From NCBI GenBank assembly GCA_965209155.1, contig OZ242383.1:4000001-4064000 (forward strand): 64,000 bases of DNA. The letters are read 5' to 3'. How positions within the stretch are numbered: the first letter of the stretch is position 1; each line of letters opens with the position of its first letter. The notes below the pieces were generated by a model. The model saw only the letters and a program-made list of their open reading frames with translations. It ran no database searches and was not told the origin of the DNA. A program made the position numbers and the translations under genes. Shown here piece after piece: positions 48,229 through 59,393 of this stretch. The DNA is from a bacterium. GTDB lineage: Bacteria; SAR324; NAC60-12.

Positions 48229-49238
48229 AGCAATCTTCCTTTGAAGAGTCCTGTCGGTCGCATGAGCAGCACGATGATCAGGATCATGAATGAAATGGCA
48301 AATTTATAGTCGGTGGATAAAAGTTGCATGAGACCTTCCGTCTTCCAACTCAAGGGGAGCAGGTAAGCAAGAAATTTTTTATAGGCGTAGGTGATCGAAA
48401 TTTCTGAAAAGGCAATGATGAAACCTCCAACGACCGCACCGATGGGTTGACCTATACCCCCAACGATGACTGCGGCAAATGTGGGCAAGAGCAGTTGAAA
48501 GTAAGTAAATGGTTTGAAACTCTTATCCAAGCCATAAAGAACTCCGGCTATGGTGGCCAAAATGGCGGCAAGACCCCAAGTCATCATGACGACGCGATCA
48601 GGATCGATCCCGGAAAGCAAAGCCAGTTCTTCATTGTCCGAATATGCGCGCATGGCTTTTCCCATCCGGGTCTTATTGAGAAAATGAAACAGGAGAATAA
48701 CCGCGATCAATGCTATGACCACCGTAACTCCCTGCGTCATGCGGACCGACAGACCCTCCTTCAATCCCAGGATTTCCTTGAACTCCTGCGCATGAATGAT
48801 AAAGCGTTGGCCATCCGTAAATTGACGATCATGGGGACCGATGATAAAGCGGATGAGACCGTTCATGACGAACATCACACCCACCGATGCGATGACCATG
48901 AGTATGGAAGCGCTTCGTTTTTCACGAAAATATCGATAAACCAACTTGTCGGTCAGAAGTGCCATGACAATGGCAGTGAGTGCCCCAAAAGGAATTGCCA
49001 GCAATGCGGTGGGAAAAGGTCCCAATCCCACTCCTATGGATTGCAACATCCAAGTGGCCAGGATGGTCACCATCGCGCCAAAGGCCATCATCTCCCCATG
49101 CGCGAAATTTGAAAATCGGAGGATACCGTAAATGAGCGTAGCGCCCAGGGCGCTTAACGCAAGTTGTGCACCATAGGCGATACTCGGAATGATGACGAAA
49201 TTGGAAAGAAGAACGATCGCATTGACGACATCTTCCAT
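48225..49238 (-). CDS. livH: Branched-chain amino acid ABC permease
   Basis: ALGATLIYGIL..NFAHG, TRMGKAMRA.SDN..LA..SGI, RPTGLF. Confidence 0.9.
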   Translation of the reverse strand: MEDVVNAIVLLSNFVIIPSIAYGAQLALSALGATLIYGILRFSNFAHGEMMAFGAMVTILATWMLQSIGVGLGPFPTALLAIPFGALTAIVMALLTDKLVYRYFREKRSASILMVIASVGVMFVMNGLIRFIIGPHDRQFTDGQRFIIHAQEFKEILGLKEGLSVRMTQGVTVVIALIAVILLFHFLNKTRMGKAMRAYSDNEELALLSGIDPDRVVMMTWGLAAILATIAGVLYGLDKSFKPFTYFQLLLPTFAAVIVGGIGQPIGAVVGGFIIAFSEISITYAYKKFLAYLLPLSWKTEGLMQLLSTDYKFAISFMILIIVLLMRPTGLFKGRLL

Positions 49239-49241
49239 ACC

Positions 49242-50015
49242 TCAACCCCCTAAAAAAGACTTACGTACGGCAGGATTTTCAAGCAAGGCGGCACCGGTAT
49301 CGCTGAATCGATTTTCCCCATTGACCAGGACATAACCGACATCGGCAATCTGCAAAGCCTTGCGGGCATTTTGTTCCACAATTAAGACTGCGGTCCCCCT
49401 GTCACGTATTTCCAAAATAAGCTTGAATAACTCGTCCATGATGATCGGAGAAACACCGGCGGTGGGTTCATCCAGCATCAAAATCGAAGGTTGCGTCATC
49501 AATGCCCGGCCTACGGCCACTTGTTGACGTTGTCCACCGGATAGCTCACCTGCCAGTTGCCGGCTTTTTTCTGCCAGAACGGGAAATAAGGCATAGACCT
49601 GTTCGAGATTTTTCCGAATATCATCTTTGTAGTGGAAAGCGCCCATTTCAAGATTTTCGTAAACAGACATTGTGGTGAAAATATTGTTGTTTTGTGGAAC
49701 AAAAGCCATTCCGGCTTTCACGCGTTCCTGGGGAACGAGATTCGTGATGTCTTTACCTGCCAGGGTGACCCGGCCTTCGCGGAGCCTGAGCATGCCAATC
49801 ATGGCCCGCATCGCTGTCGATTTGCCTGCGCCATTGGGACCGACGATGACTGCAATCTGCCCGCGGTCGACGGCAATGGTACAGCCCCTGAGAATAATAT
49901 CTGCCTGACCATAGCCTCCCACCATCTTTTCACCAACGAGAAAGCTCATCAGGGGCTTCCTTTCATCGATATTGTTGGATTGCTCTTTCAATCGTTCAGC
50001 AGTTTTTTCTGCCAT
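49242..50015 (-). CDS. livF: Branched-chain amino acid ABC ATPase (start uncertain)
   Basis: GPNGAGKST, LSGGQRQ, LDEP, VEQN. Confidence 0.9.
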   Translation of the reverse strand: MAEKTAERLKEQSNNIDERKPLMSFLVGEKMVGGYGQADIILRGCTIAVDRGQIAVIVGPNGAGKSTAMRAMIGMLRLREGRVTLAGKDITNLVPQERVKAGMAFVPQNNNIFTTMSVYENLEMGAFHYKDDIRKNLEQVYALFPVLAEKSRQLAGELSGGQRQQVAVGRALMTQPSILMLDEPTAGVSPIIMDELFKLILEIRDRGTAVLIVEQNARKALQIADVGYVLVNGENRFSDTGAALLENPAVRKSFLGG

Positions 50016-50859
50016 GTTGTGCCCAAGCTGCTCCTCTACCCTCTCCCTTCATGGTACGCAGGCAGGAGTCATGGTCTTGTTCATTCGATTGAGTGGGGTC
50101 CTTCATGCCAGTTCCCAAATAGGATTCAATCACCATTTCATTGGAACGAACTTCTTGCGCGCTTCCTTCAAACAATATAGCGCCCTCGGCCATCACGATC
50201 ACCGGGTCACAGAGTCGAGCAATGAAATCCATATCATGTTCAATCATACAAAAGGTGTAACCCCTTTCTCTATTTAAACGTATAATGGAATCGCCGATCA
50301 TTTTGAGCAGGGTGCGGTTCACGCCGGCACCCACTTCGTCCAAAAAAACTATTTTGCTTTCGACCATCATGGTGCGTCCCAACTCCAGTAGTTTTTTTTG
50401 ACCCCCGGAGAGATTGCCTGCCAATTCCTCTGCCACCAGAGAGAGTTGCAGAAAATCAATCACTTCGTCTGCTTTTTCACGGTTGATTTTTTCCTGAGCA
50501 CGGACCCTGGCCCCGTTGAACCATGCTTGCCAAAGACCTTCACCGGCTTGGTTTCCCGGAACCATCATCAGGTTTTCACGCACCGTCAAGGTAGAAAACT
50601 CGTGGGCGATTTGAAAAGTGCGAAGCAGTCCCTTGTAAAAGACCTGGTGGGGTTTGAGTCCGGTGATATTTTCCCCATCGAGATAAACATTGCCTGACGT
50701 GGGAGTCAGGACACCAGCTATCACATTGAACAAAGTGGTCTTCCCGGCGCCGTTGGGTCCGATCAAACCGGTGATGGAACCTTTGGCAATTTCCAGTGAA
50801 ACCCCGTTTAATGCGCGGATTCCACCAAATAACTTATGAATATTCTCAACACGAAGCAT
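49996..50859 (-). CDS. livG: Branched-chain amino acid ABC ATPase
   Basis: GPNGAGKTT, RTFQ, LSGGQKKLLE, IEHDM, YLG. Confidence 0.9.
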   Translation of the reverse strand: MLRVENIHKLFGGIRALNGVSLEIAKGSITGLIGPNGAGKTTLFNVIAGVLTPTSGNVYLDGENITGLKPHQVFYKGLLRTFQIAHEFSTLTVRENLMMVPGNQAGEGLWQAWFNGARVRAQEKINREKADEVIDFLQLSLVAEELAGNLSGGQKKLLELGRTMMVESKIVFLDEVGAGVNRTLLKMIGDSIIRLNRERGYTFCMIEHDMDFIARLCDPVIVMAEGAILFEGSAQEVRSNEMVIESYLGTGMKDPTQSNEQDHDSCLRTMKGEGRGAAWAQHGRKNC

Positions 50860-50942
50860 AGGCAGGAATCATCAGGGACAGGAAACCATGCCTGACTTTC
50901 GCCAGGCATGGACAAGTGCGCAGTCTGTTTTGGCAATGTATA

Positions 50943-52127
50943 CTAATGATATTGAACGACAGTATATTTGCCGTTTTCAATAACCTGTTCCTTGTAGGAG
51001 CCGAAAGTTTCACCAATGTCATTCAATTCAACATTGCTGGCCCCCACGTAATCAACGTCGCCACCATCGGCTAGTATTTGCAGGGCTTTGGCTAATTCAC
51101 CAGGCATGATCATTTCACCAGGCGCGTTTGCAACGTCCATCACTTTCGATTGAATCGCCGCACGGTCCACCGAACCCGCTGCTTGTATTGCCAGGATAAT
51201 CAGGGCGGCCGCATCATAGGCTTCACCGACAAATGGACCGGAACCATCCAATCCGGCTGCCATGGCGATATCTTGAAAATTAGTCGCACCTGCAGAATCA
51301 CTACCCGGGACCGTAGTTACAAAGCCTTCGATGCTATCCCCGAGATTTTCTATCAACGACATACCTGCCATACCATCGGCACCAAAGAAACTGCTGAATG
51401 CTCCGGTGTCCAGTGCAGCCTGCAAGATTCCTTTACCGCCCTGGTCCACATAACCGAAAACAACCAGATGTTCCGCTCCGGTAGCAGACAGCGCTCCAAC
51501 TTCCGCAGTATAGTCCGCTTTGCCATCCTCGTGGGCTGCGGTCAAACCAATCGTTCCTCCAATCGCTTTGAAAGCGGCACCAAAGGAATCAGCAAGCCCC
51601 TTACCATAGTCGTTATTGGTGTAAGTTATAGCCACGTTGGTGACACCGCGACGCTTCAGGATATCCGCCAGGACTTGTCCTTGACGGGCATCCGAAGGCG
51701 CAACCCGGAAAAAATATCCGTTGTCGTCCAATGTGGACAAAGCAGGGGACGTAGCCGATGGCGAAATCATAACTACGCCATTGGGGATGGCCACGTTGTT
51801 GGCCACTGCCATGGTCACTCCGGAACAATCCGCTCCCATAATAGCGGCCACCTTATCTGAGGTGATCAGACGTTCAGCAGCAGCCGTTGCGGCAGCAGCG
51901 TCTGTGCAGGTACTGTCCCCGCGTACCGATTCAACGGTCCGACCACCCAACAAGTTGCCACTTTCGGAGGCCTCTTGCATCGCCAGCTCCGCCCCTTGAG
52001 CAATTGCGGGCGTCAGCGATTCGATGGGTCCGGTAAAACCTACCAGGATTCCAATTTTTATGGAATCAGCGTAGGCGTTCGTCATTAATAATGCGCTCAT
52101 TATTGCGATTAAAGTATATTTTTTCAT
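50943..52127 (-). CDS. Branched-chain amino acid ABC substrate-binding protein (LivK/LivJ-like)
   Basis: Signal peptide, IKIG...TGP, ISPSATSP, FFRVAPSD, NNDYG, YDA. Confidence 0.9.
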   Translation of the reverse strand: MKKYTLIAIMSALLMTNAYADSIKIGILVGFTGPIESLTPAIAQGAELAMQEASESGNLLGGRTVESVRGDSTCTDAAAATAAAERLITSDKVAAIMGADCSGVTMAVANNVAIPNGVVMISPSATSPALSTLDDNGYFFRVAPSDARQGQVLADILKRRGVTNVAITYTNNDYGKGLADSFGAAFKAIGGTIGLTAAHEDGKADYTAEVGALSATGAEHLVVFGYVDQGGKGILQAALDTGAFSSFFGADGMAGMSLIENLGDSIEGFVTTVPGSDSAGATNFQDIAMAAGLDGSGPFVGEAYDAAALIILAIQAAGSVDRAAIQSKVMDVANAPGEMIMPGELAKALQILADGGDVDYVGASNVELNDIGETFGSYKEQVIENGKYTVVQYH

Positions 52128-52204
52128 TTTTCTCTCCAGTTCAATTAATTAATTCGATTTACCAGGGCTCGCATCCGATCGATCACTCGATACGGTGGGA
52201 GAGT

Positions 52205-52445
52205 TTAGCATCTCCCTGAACCATGGATTCACAACATCCAGGCAACGTAAATTCCAATCATTCCAGGTCCTCCGAACAATAGGCATACGTTGTTTTCAAA
52301 TTCGGATGTCTTACATTCAGGGGGTTGTATCACACGATCTCCTGCATTGAGAACAAAAGGAACTCACTGATCTTCATAAACCACCCTGAATCAACCTTTA
52401 TAGCAGAAAATGAATTGAAACCCAATGCTATGATAGTGAACTATG
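52205..52445 (-). pseudogene. Decayed cupin-domain gene
   Basis: VHYHSIGFQFIFCYKG*FRVVYEDQ*VPFVLNAGDRVIQPPE...CSEDLE*LEFTLP, with in-frame stops. Confidence 0.65.
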
Positions 52446-52476
52446 TAATAATTGGATGAACCAATGTTTCTTTGAA

Positions 52477-54177
52477 TCAACGACGTTTTGCCCAATGCAA
52501 CCAACGCAGGGCATGTGATTCACGAAGCAAAAGGAGCACTGCGAAATACAAAATGACGGCCCCCGTAATCAGTCCACTGAACACACCCCAATTCTTCAAG
52601 GAAAATGAGCCCGTCTGCCACTCTCCCCACTGGGATAATTGCCAGACAAAAAAACCCATCAAGGCAGAAGCGAATAAATACTTCCAAATATTGTTCCAAG
52701 CCAGCCAGTGCCAACGTATTTCAGGACGCCGTCCCAGTAAAAGCACGAGCAACAAACATTGAAACCAAGTCCCTGCGGATAATCCCAGGGCTAAACCGAC
52801 GACTTCCAGGGTGCGGCTCCACCACCAGCCGAGCCCTCCGGTCACCAGCAGGCTCAATGCTGCAGCAACCACCGGGATTTTAGTCTCTTTGCAGGCATAG
52901 AATACGGACACCAGCAGTCTGATGGCGGTCACTGCGGGAATCCCCAAAGCAAATGCTTGCAAAGTGGGAATGGTTTGCTGTACATCGTTCAGGTTGTAGG
53001 CACCGCGCAAGTACATCATGGCAATGATGGGTTGCGCTCCTATCACCAATCCCATGGTGGAAGGTACTACAAAAAACATGGAAGCGGCAAAGGAGAAACG
53101 CAACGTCTCTGTCGTCTTGTCCCAATCTGCTCGGGCAGTGTACTGACTCAGGTTCGGGAAACTGGCTGCGGCAAAAGCAAAAGCAAATAATCCCGCCACC
53201 AACTCCGTCAAACGGCTTGCATTGTAATAATACGTCACCTGCCCCAATGGTAAAAAACTGGCAATGTTGCGCAAGATGATAATGTTGACCTGGTAAACTG
53301 CCACTCCAAATAAAGCAGGCGCCAGCAATTGTAAAAGACGGTGAATATGGGGGTCGTTCCAGGGCCAACGCGGACGAATGGACTGCAATAGAGATCCGTC
53401 GAAGCATTGTCGCAAAACAAGAGTCTGTAACAAGATCTGCAACATTCCTCCCAGCAGTACCCCCCATCCCAGGGCCACAATCGGTTTGTCAAAATAAGGA
53501 GAAAGGAAGAAAGCTGAACCTATGATTCCCAGGTTGAGCAATATCGGCGCAGCAGCCGGAGCCGCAAAGTGTTTTTCCGCATTCAAAACGCCCATGGCCC
53601 AGGCAACAACTGAAACAAAAATCAAATACGGAAACATCAAACGGGTCAAGTCCGCCGTCAATTGAAATTTTTCAGCATCGCCATGGAATCCCGTTGAAAT
53701 GAAATAGACGAGTTGTGAACTGAAGATCATTCCCAAAGCCGTTAAAAAAAGAGTCGTCCAGAGTACCAGTCCCAGAGTTTTCTGAGCAAATTGTCTCGAC
53801 TGGGAGATCCCCTCCTTTTCACGGACTTCGGTATAAACGGGTACAAAAGCCAGGGTCATGGAACCTTCTGCTGTCAACCTGCGTAAAAGGTTGGGAATGG
53901 TGAAGGCTTGGATAAAGGCGTCAGTGACCATCCCTGCCCCAAACACATAAGCAATCACCAGGTCCCGTATAGCTCCCAGAATTCGAGAAATTAAAGTAAA
54001 GAAAGTAATGGTCCCCGCACGCTGGTACAATTCAGTGTCTGCTTCCACGTCATTTGTCAGTCGAACGGGCAAGATATCTGATTTTGCTTTTTTATCGCTG
54101 CCTTTTCCCTTAAAATTCAACTTTTCCAAAAACAGAGCACTCCGGCTTGAGGGTTGCGCAAAGTTGCGGTAGATCAC
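52477..54177 (-). CDS. murJ: Lipid II flippase (start uncertain)
   Basis: SRILGAIRD, DAF..AF.IPNLLRRL.AEG, AFVPV, MFPY, A.RL. Confidence 0.93.
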   Translation of the reverse strand: MIYRNFAQPSSRSALFLEKLNFKGKGSDKKAKSDILPVRLTNDVEADTELYQRAGTITFFTLISRILGAIRDLVIAYVFGAGMVTDAFIQAFTIPNLLRRLTAEGSMTLAFVPVYTEVREKEGISQSRQFAQKTLGLVLWTTLFLTALGMIFSSQLVYFISTGFHGDAEKFQLTADLTRLMFPYLIFVSVVAWAMGVLNAEKHFAAPAAAPILLNLGIIGSAFFLSPYFDKPIVALGWGVLLGGMLQILLQTLVLRQCFDGSLLQSIRPRWPWNDPHIHRLLQLLAPALFGVAVYQVNIIILRNIASFLPLGQVTYYYNASRLTELVAGLFAFAFAAASFPNLSQYTARADWDKTTETLRFSFAASMFFVVPSTMGLVIGAQPIIAMMYLRGAYNLNDVQQTIPTLQAFALGIPAVTAIRLLVSVFYACKETKIPVVAAALSLLVTGGLGWWWSRTLEVVGLALGLSAGTWFQCLLLVLLLGRRPEIRWHWLAWNNIWKYLFASALMGFFVWQLSQWGEWQTGSFSLKNWGVFSGLITGAVILYFAVLLLLRESHALRWLHWAKRR

Positions 54178-54286
54178 GTCGATTAATTTTCTGAATGCCC
54201 TTTAGACGCATTTGCTCGTTACTCATCATAAGGAGTAGCAACTGCAGGATTCCTGCTCAACCGATAAAACAATACCGTGACGGAAA

Positions 54287-57200
54287 ATGACAATGCATCC
54301 ATCATACAAAGGATATTTTCGCAATCCAACTGTTTTTCAAGATCAAGTGGTATTTGTCTGCGAAGACGATCTCTGGCAAGTTCCCTTATCCGGGGGGCGC
54401 GCTTTGCGACTCACCAGCTCGAGAGGTCGCATTTTTTCACCAAGTTTTTCACCAGATGGACGATGGTTGGCTTGTTGTGGCCGGGATGAGGGACAAAATG
54501 ACATTTATCTCCTGCCTGCTACTGGCGGACCTCTGCGGCGTTTGACCTTTTTAAACACCGACATGCGCGTGGTGGGTTGGATGCCAGGGGGGGATCGGAT
54601 AATTTTTTGGAGTACTCATCAATCCGTTCATCAAAGTGCGGACGCTCCGCTCTATACGGTGGGGATCGAAGGAGGTGTTCTGCATAAATTGCCCTATGGC
54701 CCTGCGCACTTTATTGACTTTTCTCCCGATAACATGGGTATCGTTTTGGGTAGAAATGCAGCGCACAATTTTCGCTGGAAACGTTATCGTGGGGGTATGA
54801 CCGGAGAAATTTGGGTTCGTGCCAACGGCAAAAGGAAATTCGCGCGATTGCGAATCGGAGGGTCTCGCCTTTCGTCACAGGGTAATCCGGTGTCTCCTTT
54901 TTGGATGGGTTCCCGTCTCTATTTCGTGTCCGACCACCAGGGAATCGGCAATCTCTATTCCACTCTTTCCAATGGCAGCGATTTGCTCCAGGAAACGTTT
55001 CATGAAGAATCATATGTTAGGAACCCGGCAACGGACGGCCAAACCATCGTCTACCATGCGCACGGCGATCTTTATTCTCTCAATCCCGTTTCCAAAGTCC
55101 ATCAGGCAATTGATGTCGAGTGGCGTAGCCCGCGAGTCCAATTGCAGCGTAAGTTCTTCTTCGGAGATGAATATCTGGAAAATGCAGCGATTCATCCTGA
55201 AGGCCACTGTGTGGCTTTAACAGCGCGAGGAGCTTTGTTTTCCATGCCTCTCTGGGAAAAAGCCGTTACCCAGCATGGACGGAATCAAGGAATTCGCTCG
55301 AGGTTGACGCAATGGCTGCCTGATGGTCGCCTTGCAACTTTGCTCGACCTGGAAAAAACGGTGGGTTCCCAGGCTACCAACGAAATATTGCCGTCGGAAG
55401 AGAAACTGGGAATCTTTTCGCATTATCCCCAATTGGAACCCGAATTGATACTGGATCTGCCTCCGGGACGGGTGCAAAGCATGAAAAGCGCGCCACAAAA
55501 AAATCGAATCGCCTTGACGACCAATCGGATGGAGCTTTTCTTACTCGAAATCGATTCCCAAATTCTAACCAGACTCGATGATTCTCCCCTGCGTGAAATT
55601 CGAGACATCGCCTTTTCTCCGGACGGTAACTGGTTGGCCTACAGCAAACATCTGACATTGGAATTAACGGCCATCTTCCTGGTCAATTTGGAAAATAAAA
55701 CCGTGCACCAACTGACCCAACCTGTACGCTACGATTTTGCGCCGGCTTTTGATCCTCACGGTTATTATCTTTATTTCCTTTCCTCTCGCACTTACAATCC
55801 GGTTGCTGACACTGTACAGGTTGGAGTCACATTTTCCCGCTCAATCAAACCCTATCTCATCACCCTGCAAAAGGAAACCGGGAATCCTCTTTCTCCTCAA
55901 CCTCATGCTCCTGGTAAAAACAAAGACCCTGAAGACGACGGACGCCAAACAAGTGGACCATTGGAATATATCGGTGGATTATACCAGGCAGACGAGAAGG
56001 ATGCGAAGGCAACACAAGAAAAGATTGAAAAGACGCCTCTCCAAGATTTGACAATCGATTTGGAAGGCATTGAAAACCGGATTGTCGAGCTTCCGGTGGC
56101 AGAGAGCTTATATGAGCAAATCATCGGGCTCTCAAACAAAGTCCTCTTTACCGAGTTCCCCCTTACTGGAGAATTGGAAGAACACGAAGACGAAGAAAAA
56201 AGCGAAAAACACAAGGGAGTCCTGTGGTGTTATGATTTTAAAAAACAGGAACTGCAAGAGTGGTTTCGAGAGGTGTCCTGGATGGAAACCACACCCTCTG
56301 CGCAGACACTACTCTATATCTCGGCAAACCGAATACGCGTTGTGGAAGCAGTTCAACCCGTTCCGGATGAAAACGAACGCTACCCGGATGGAGATGAAAC
56401 ACTTGCCAGTCGCAAAAACGGGTGGCTCGACCTGACTCGAATTCGTATTTCAGTCGATTATGCCGCAGAATGGGAACAAATGTTTCGGGAAACATGGCGA
56501 TTGCAAAGAGAATTCTTCTGGCGCAAGGATTTGTGCGGAGTGGATTGGAATAAAATTTACGAACAATATGCCCCCCTGGTGAAGAGAGTAGGGGCTCGCT
56601 CCGAACTTTCCGATTTGATTTGGGAAATGCAAGGCGAGTTGGGGACATCCCATGCTTACGAGTATGGTGGAGATTATCACCCGTCTCCGGAATACTGGAT
56701 TGGTCGCTTGGGTGCTGATTTGGAGTATGATCATTCCTTGAAAAGTTACGTCTTCAGAAAAATTTACCAGGGAGATATCTGGAAGAAAAATGAACATTCT
56801 CCCTTGTGCGAGCCCGGACAGTTCATCGAGGAGGGAGATTGTCTCGTCGCAATTGGCGGGGTCCCCTTGGATGCCGAAACCGTCCCGGGTCAATTATTGG
56901 CCCACCAAGCAGGACAGGAAGTGCTGTTGTCCATAAAGGCGCCTGCTGAGAAAGCGGAGGTGCGTCATGTCTTCGTAAAGACTCTACGCGATGAACAACC
57001 AGCACGATACAGAGATTGGGTCAAGGGCAATGCGCGTATGGTCCGGGAAAAAACAGGCGATCGAATCGGATACCTTCATATTCCCGATATGCAGGCGCGT
57101 GGGATTGCAGAATTCCATCGAGGATTTTTGTCACAGACCAACAAGGCAGGGTTGATCATCGATGTGCGTTTCAATTCCGGAGGCATGGTTTCTCCACTGA

Positions 57201-57667
57201 TTCTGGAGAAACTGACTCACCGCCATCTCGGCTACGATGTTCCGCGCTGGGGAACGCCGGAGGCGTATCCTTACCACACTCTACTCGGCCACTTTGTCGT
57301 GCTGGCCAATGAATTTACCGGATCGGACGGAGATATGTTTTGTCAAAGCATCAAAATGTTGAAGCTGGGAAAGATTATCGGCAAAAGGACATGGGGAGGT
57401 GTGATCGGGATCGACAATCGATACCACTTGGTGGACAGAACAATGACCACCCAACCTCAATACTCAGCTTGGTTCCATCACACGGAATGGTCGGTGGAAA
57501 ACTATGGCGTGGATCCGGATATTGAAGTGGAATTCTCACCAGAGGCTTATGCGGAAGAGTCCGATCCTCAATTGGAATCTGGCATCCAAACAATGCTCGA
57601 TCTCCTGGAAAAAGAGCCCGTGTCTGAAATTCGCTTTGATCCGGCCAGCCGTCAGAAAATTTCTTAA
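54287..57667 (+). CDS. Tricorn protease (S41 family; beta-propellers, PDZ)
   Basis: WKRYRGG, GELGTSHAY, IGYLHIPDM, DVRFNSGG, GSDGD, GKRTWGG, VENYGVDPDIEV. Confidence 0.95.
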   Translation: MTMHPSYKGYFRNPTVFQDQVVFVCEDDLWQVPLSGGRALRLTSSRGRIFSPSFSPDGRWLACCGRDEGQNDIYLLPATGGPLRRLTFLNTDMRVVGWMPGGDRIIFWSTHQSVHQSADAPLYTVGIEGGVLHKLPYGPAHFIDFSPDNMGIVLGRNAAHNFRWKRYRGGMTGEIWVRANGKRKFARLRIGGSRLSSQGNPVSPFWMGSRLYFVSDHQGIGNLYSTLSNGSDLLQETFHEESYVRNPATDGQTIVYHAHGDLYSLNPVSKVHQAIDVEWRSPRVQLQRKFFFGDEYLENAAIHPEGHCVALTARGALFSMPLWEKAVTQHGRNQGIRSRLTQWLPDGRLATLLDLEKTVGSQATNEILPSEEKLGIFSHYPQLEPELILDLPPGRVQSMKSAPQKNRIALTTNRMELFLLEIDSQILTRLDDSPLREIRDIAFSPDGNWLAYSKHLTLELTAIFLVNLENKTVHQLTQPVRYDFAPAFDPHGYYLYFLSSRTYNPVADTVQVGVTFSRSIKPYLITLQKETGNPLSPQPHAPGKNKDPEDDGRQTSGPLEYIGGLYQADEKDAKATQEKIEKTPLQDLTIDLEGIENRIVELPVAESLYEQIIGLSNKVLFTEFPLTGELEEHEDEEKSEKHKGVLWCYDFKKQELQEWFREVSWMETTPSAQTLLYISANRIRVVEAVQPVPDENERYPDGDETLASRKNGWLDLTRIRISVDYAAEWEQMFRETWRLQREFFWRKDLCGVDWNKIYEQYAPLVKRVGARSELSDLIWEMQGELGTSHAYEYGGDYHPSPEYWIGRLGADLEYDHSLKSYVFRKIYQGDIWKKNEHSPLCEPGQFIEEGDCLVAIGGVPLDAETVPGQLLAHQAGQEVLLSIKAPAEKAEVRHVFVKTLRDEQPARYRDWVKGNARMVREKTGDRIGYLHIPDMQARGIAEFHRGFLSQTNKAGLIIDVRFNSGGMVSPLILEKLTHRHLGYDVPRWGTPEAYPYHTLLGHFVVLANEFTGSDGDMFCQSIKMLKLGKIIGKRTWGGVIGIDNRYHLVDRTMTTQPQYSAWFHHTEWSVENYGVDPDIEVEFSPEAYAEESDPQLESGIQTMLDLLEKEPVSEIRFDPASRQKIS

Positions 57668-58758
57668 AGCGCTCCAAGAGAGTCGATCACATTTTCAGCA
57701 ATCGTGCGAAAGGCTTTTGCAGCAGGCGCATGGTTCTGCCGTGCCATCAATGGCTCTCCCGTATCCCCTCCCTGACGAATTTCCAATTCAATAGGAATGG
57801 AGCCCAAAAACCGAACACCCAACCTCTCACTTTCCCTTTGAGCACCATGCGAACTGAAGATGGGAGTTTCTTTCTGACAATGCGGACAGAGGAAAAAACT
57901 CATGTTTTCAACAATTCCCAATATGTCGATATCGACTTTGCTGAACATCGTGACGGCTTTCGCCGCATCCAGCAATGCCACGTCCTGGGGTGTGGAAACC
58001 ACCACCGCACCCGATATTTCCACGGTCTGTGAAAGCGTCAGTTGCGTGTCTCCGGTTCCGGGAGGTAAGTCCAGCACCATGAAATCTCCACCCGGCCATC
58101 GGGTGTCACGCAGCATTTGTTCGATCGCCTGATGTACCATTGGTCCCCTCCAAATCATGGAAACCGATTCATCCACCAGGTTACCGATGGAAAGCGCGTT
58201 GATGCCATATTTTTTCAGAGGCAACAACTGATTTCCATCGATTTCGGGTTTCCTGTTCCTCAACCCCATCATAATAGGCAAGCTGGGACCATAAATATCG
58301 GCATCAAAGAGGGAAACCCGATTTCCCATCTTTGCCAAAGTGAGGGCTAAATTCACGGCGACCGTCGATTTTCCCACACCTCCTTTTCCACTGGCAACGG
58401 CAATCACGTTGTCATAATTCTGCAAGTAAGCGGTGCGCTGCGGTTGTTGGGCAGATCGGGGTCGTTCTTGATGGGGTTTGCTTTCTTCTTCCGGAGGTGA
58501 TTCTGCCAGAATTTCCACGGCAACTCGACTGATTTGAGGGATTTCTTTAATCTTTGCTTCTATTTGCGCGGGAAGCGATTGACGGAATGCGGATCCTTCT
58601 TCCAAAATTATGGTGACTTTAGCGAAATCGTGATTGACGACACAACCATGCACGATATTGGCTTCCAGTATATTTATTCCTGAATCACCATACGGAATTT
58701 CCGCGAAAGTCGATGCGAACTGTTGTTGCAGATCATCCATTTTGACCCTCGTATTCAA
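57664..58758 (-). CDS. mrp: Mrp/NBP35 (ApbC) Fe-S carrier ATPase
   Basis: SGKGGVGKST, DADIYGPS, WRGPM, DLPPGTGD, ENMS..CPHC. Confidence 0.95.
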   Translation of the reverse strand: MNTRVKMDDLQQQFASTFAEIPYGDSGINILEANIVHGCVVNHDFAKVTIILEEGSAFRQSLPAQIEAKIKEIPQISRVAVEILAESPPEEESKPHQERPRSAQQPQRTAYLQNYDNVIAVASGKGGVGKSTVAVNLALTLAKMGNRVSLFDADIYGPSLPIMMGLRNRKPEIDGNQLLPLKKYGINALSIGNLVDESVSMIWRGPMVHQAIEQMLRDTRWPGGDFMVLDLPPGTGDTQLTLSQTVEISGAVVVSTPQDVALLDAAKAVTMFSKVDIDILGIVENMSFFLCPHCQKETPIFSSHGAQRESERLGVRFLGSIPIELEIRQGGDTGEPLMARQNHAPAAKAFRTIAENVIDSLGAL

Positions 58759-58980
58759 TGAATTGTGGTTCTGAGTACTATCAAACTACCATCAAATCCC
58801 GAGGACGGCAAGGTGTTAAAGAATGGCTGCTTGTCATTCTTTTTCTTTTATGATTTCAAGAAACCTCGTTTGATTGAAGTTTTTTTTCCTGGCACGGCGA
58901 CTATGTAACAAACCCTTTATTCTATTTTGCACAGTTTTGTCAAACTGTTAATTAAAATGGTGACAGGGTACTGCATTTTC

Positions 58981-59096
58981 GCTTCTTCGGGGTGGTATTT
59001 TCGACCTGATGAATGGAGGGAGTCGCTTTTGTCGATGGAATTCCTTAATACAGGGTCGCTGTCTGAACGGTCATCCCCAGAAATTGAATATAACTC
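58981..59096 (+). mobile_element. Probable IS256-family 3' remnant
   Basis: MEGVAFVDGIP-like C-terminal peptide followed by CATCCCCAGAAATTGAATATAACTC, which resembles an IS256 right end; recognised from memory only. Confidence 0.4.
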
Positions 59097-59393
59097 CCTC
59101 TGTTAAGTCTCGATCAAGCTAAGATTGGCATGTATTCATTCTTCTTTGTTTCTTCGGCGTCTGGCAACGCCAATAAATTTACTACCCTTGATAAATGGTC
59201 GTTTGATGTCTCATGAGAAAAAGCAGATACCTCCACATGGACTCTAGTCAGTACATTCCAGCGGGTTGGTCTGCGCCAATTCAAGGAAGAGTTGGAAAAA
59301 CGATTTGCCTCTGCTATAGATACTGACAGAGAGATTATGGAAAAAAGGGGGTAAAGTGTTTTCCGTTACAGATACACTCAGGAGTCAGGTCTC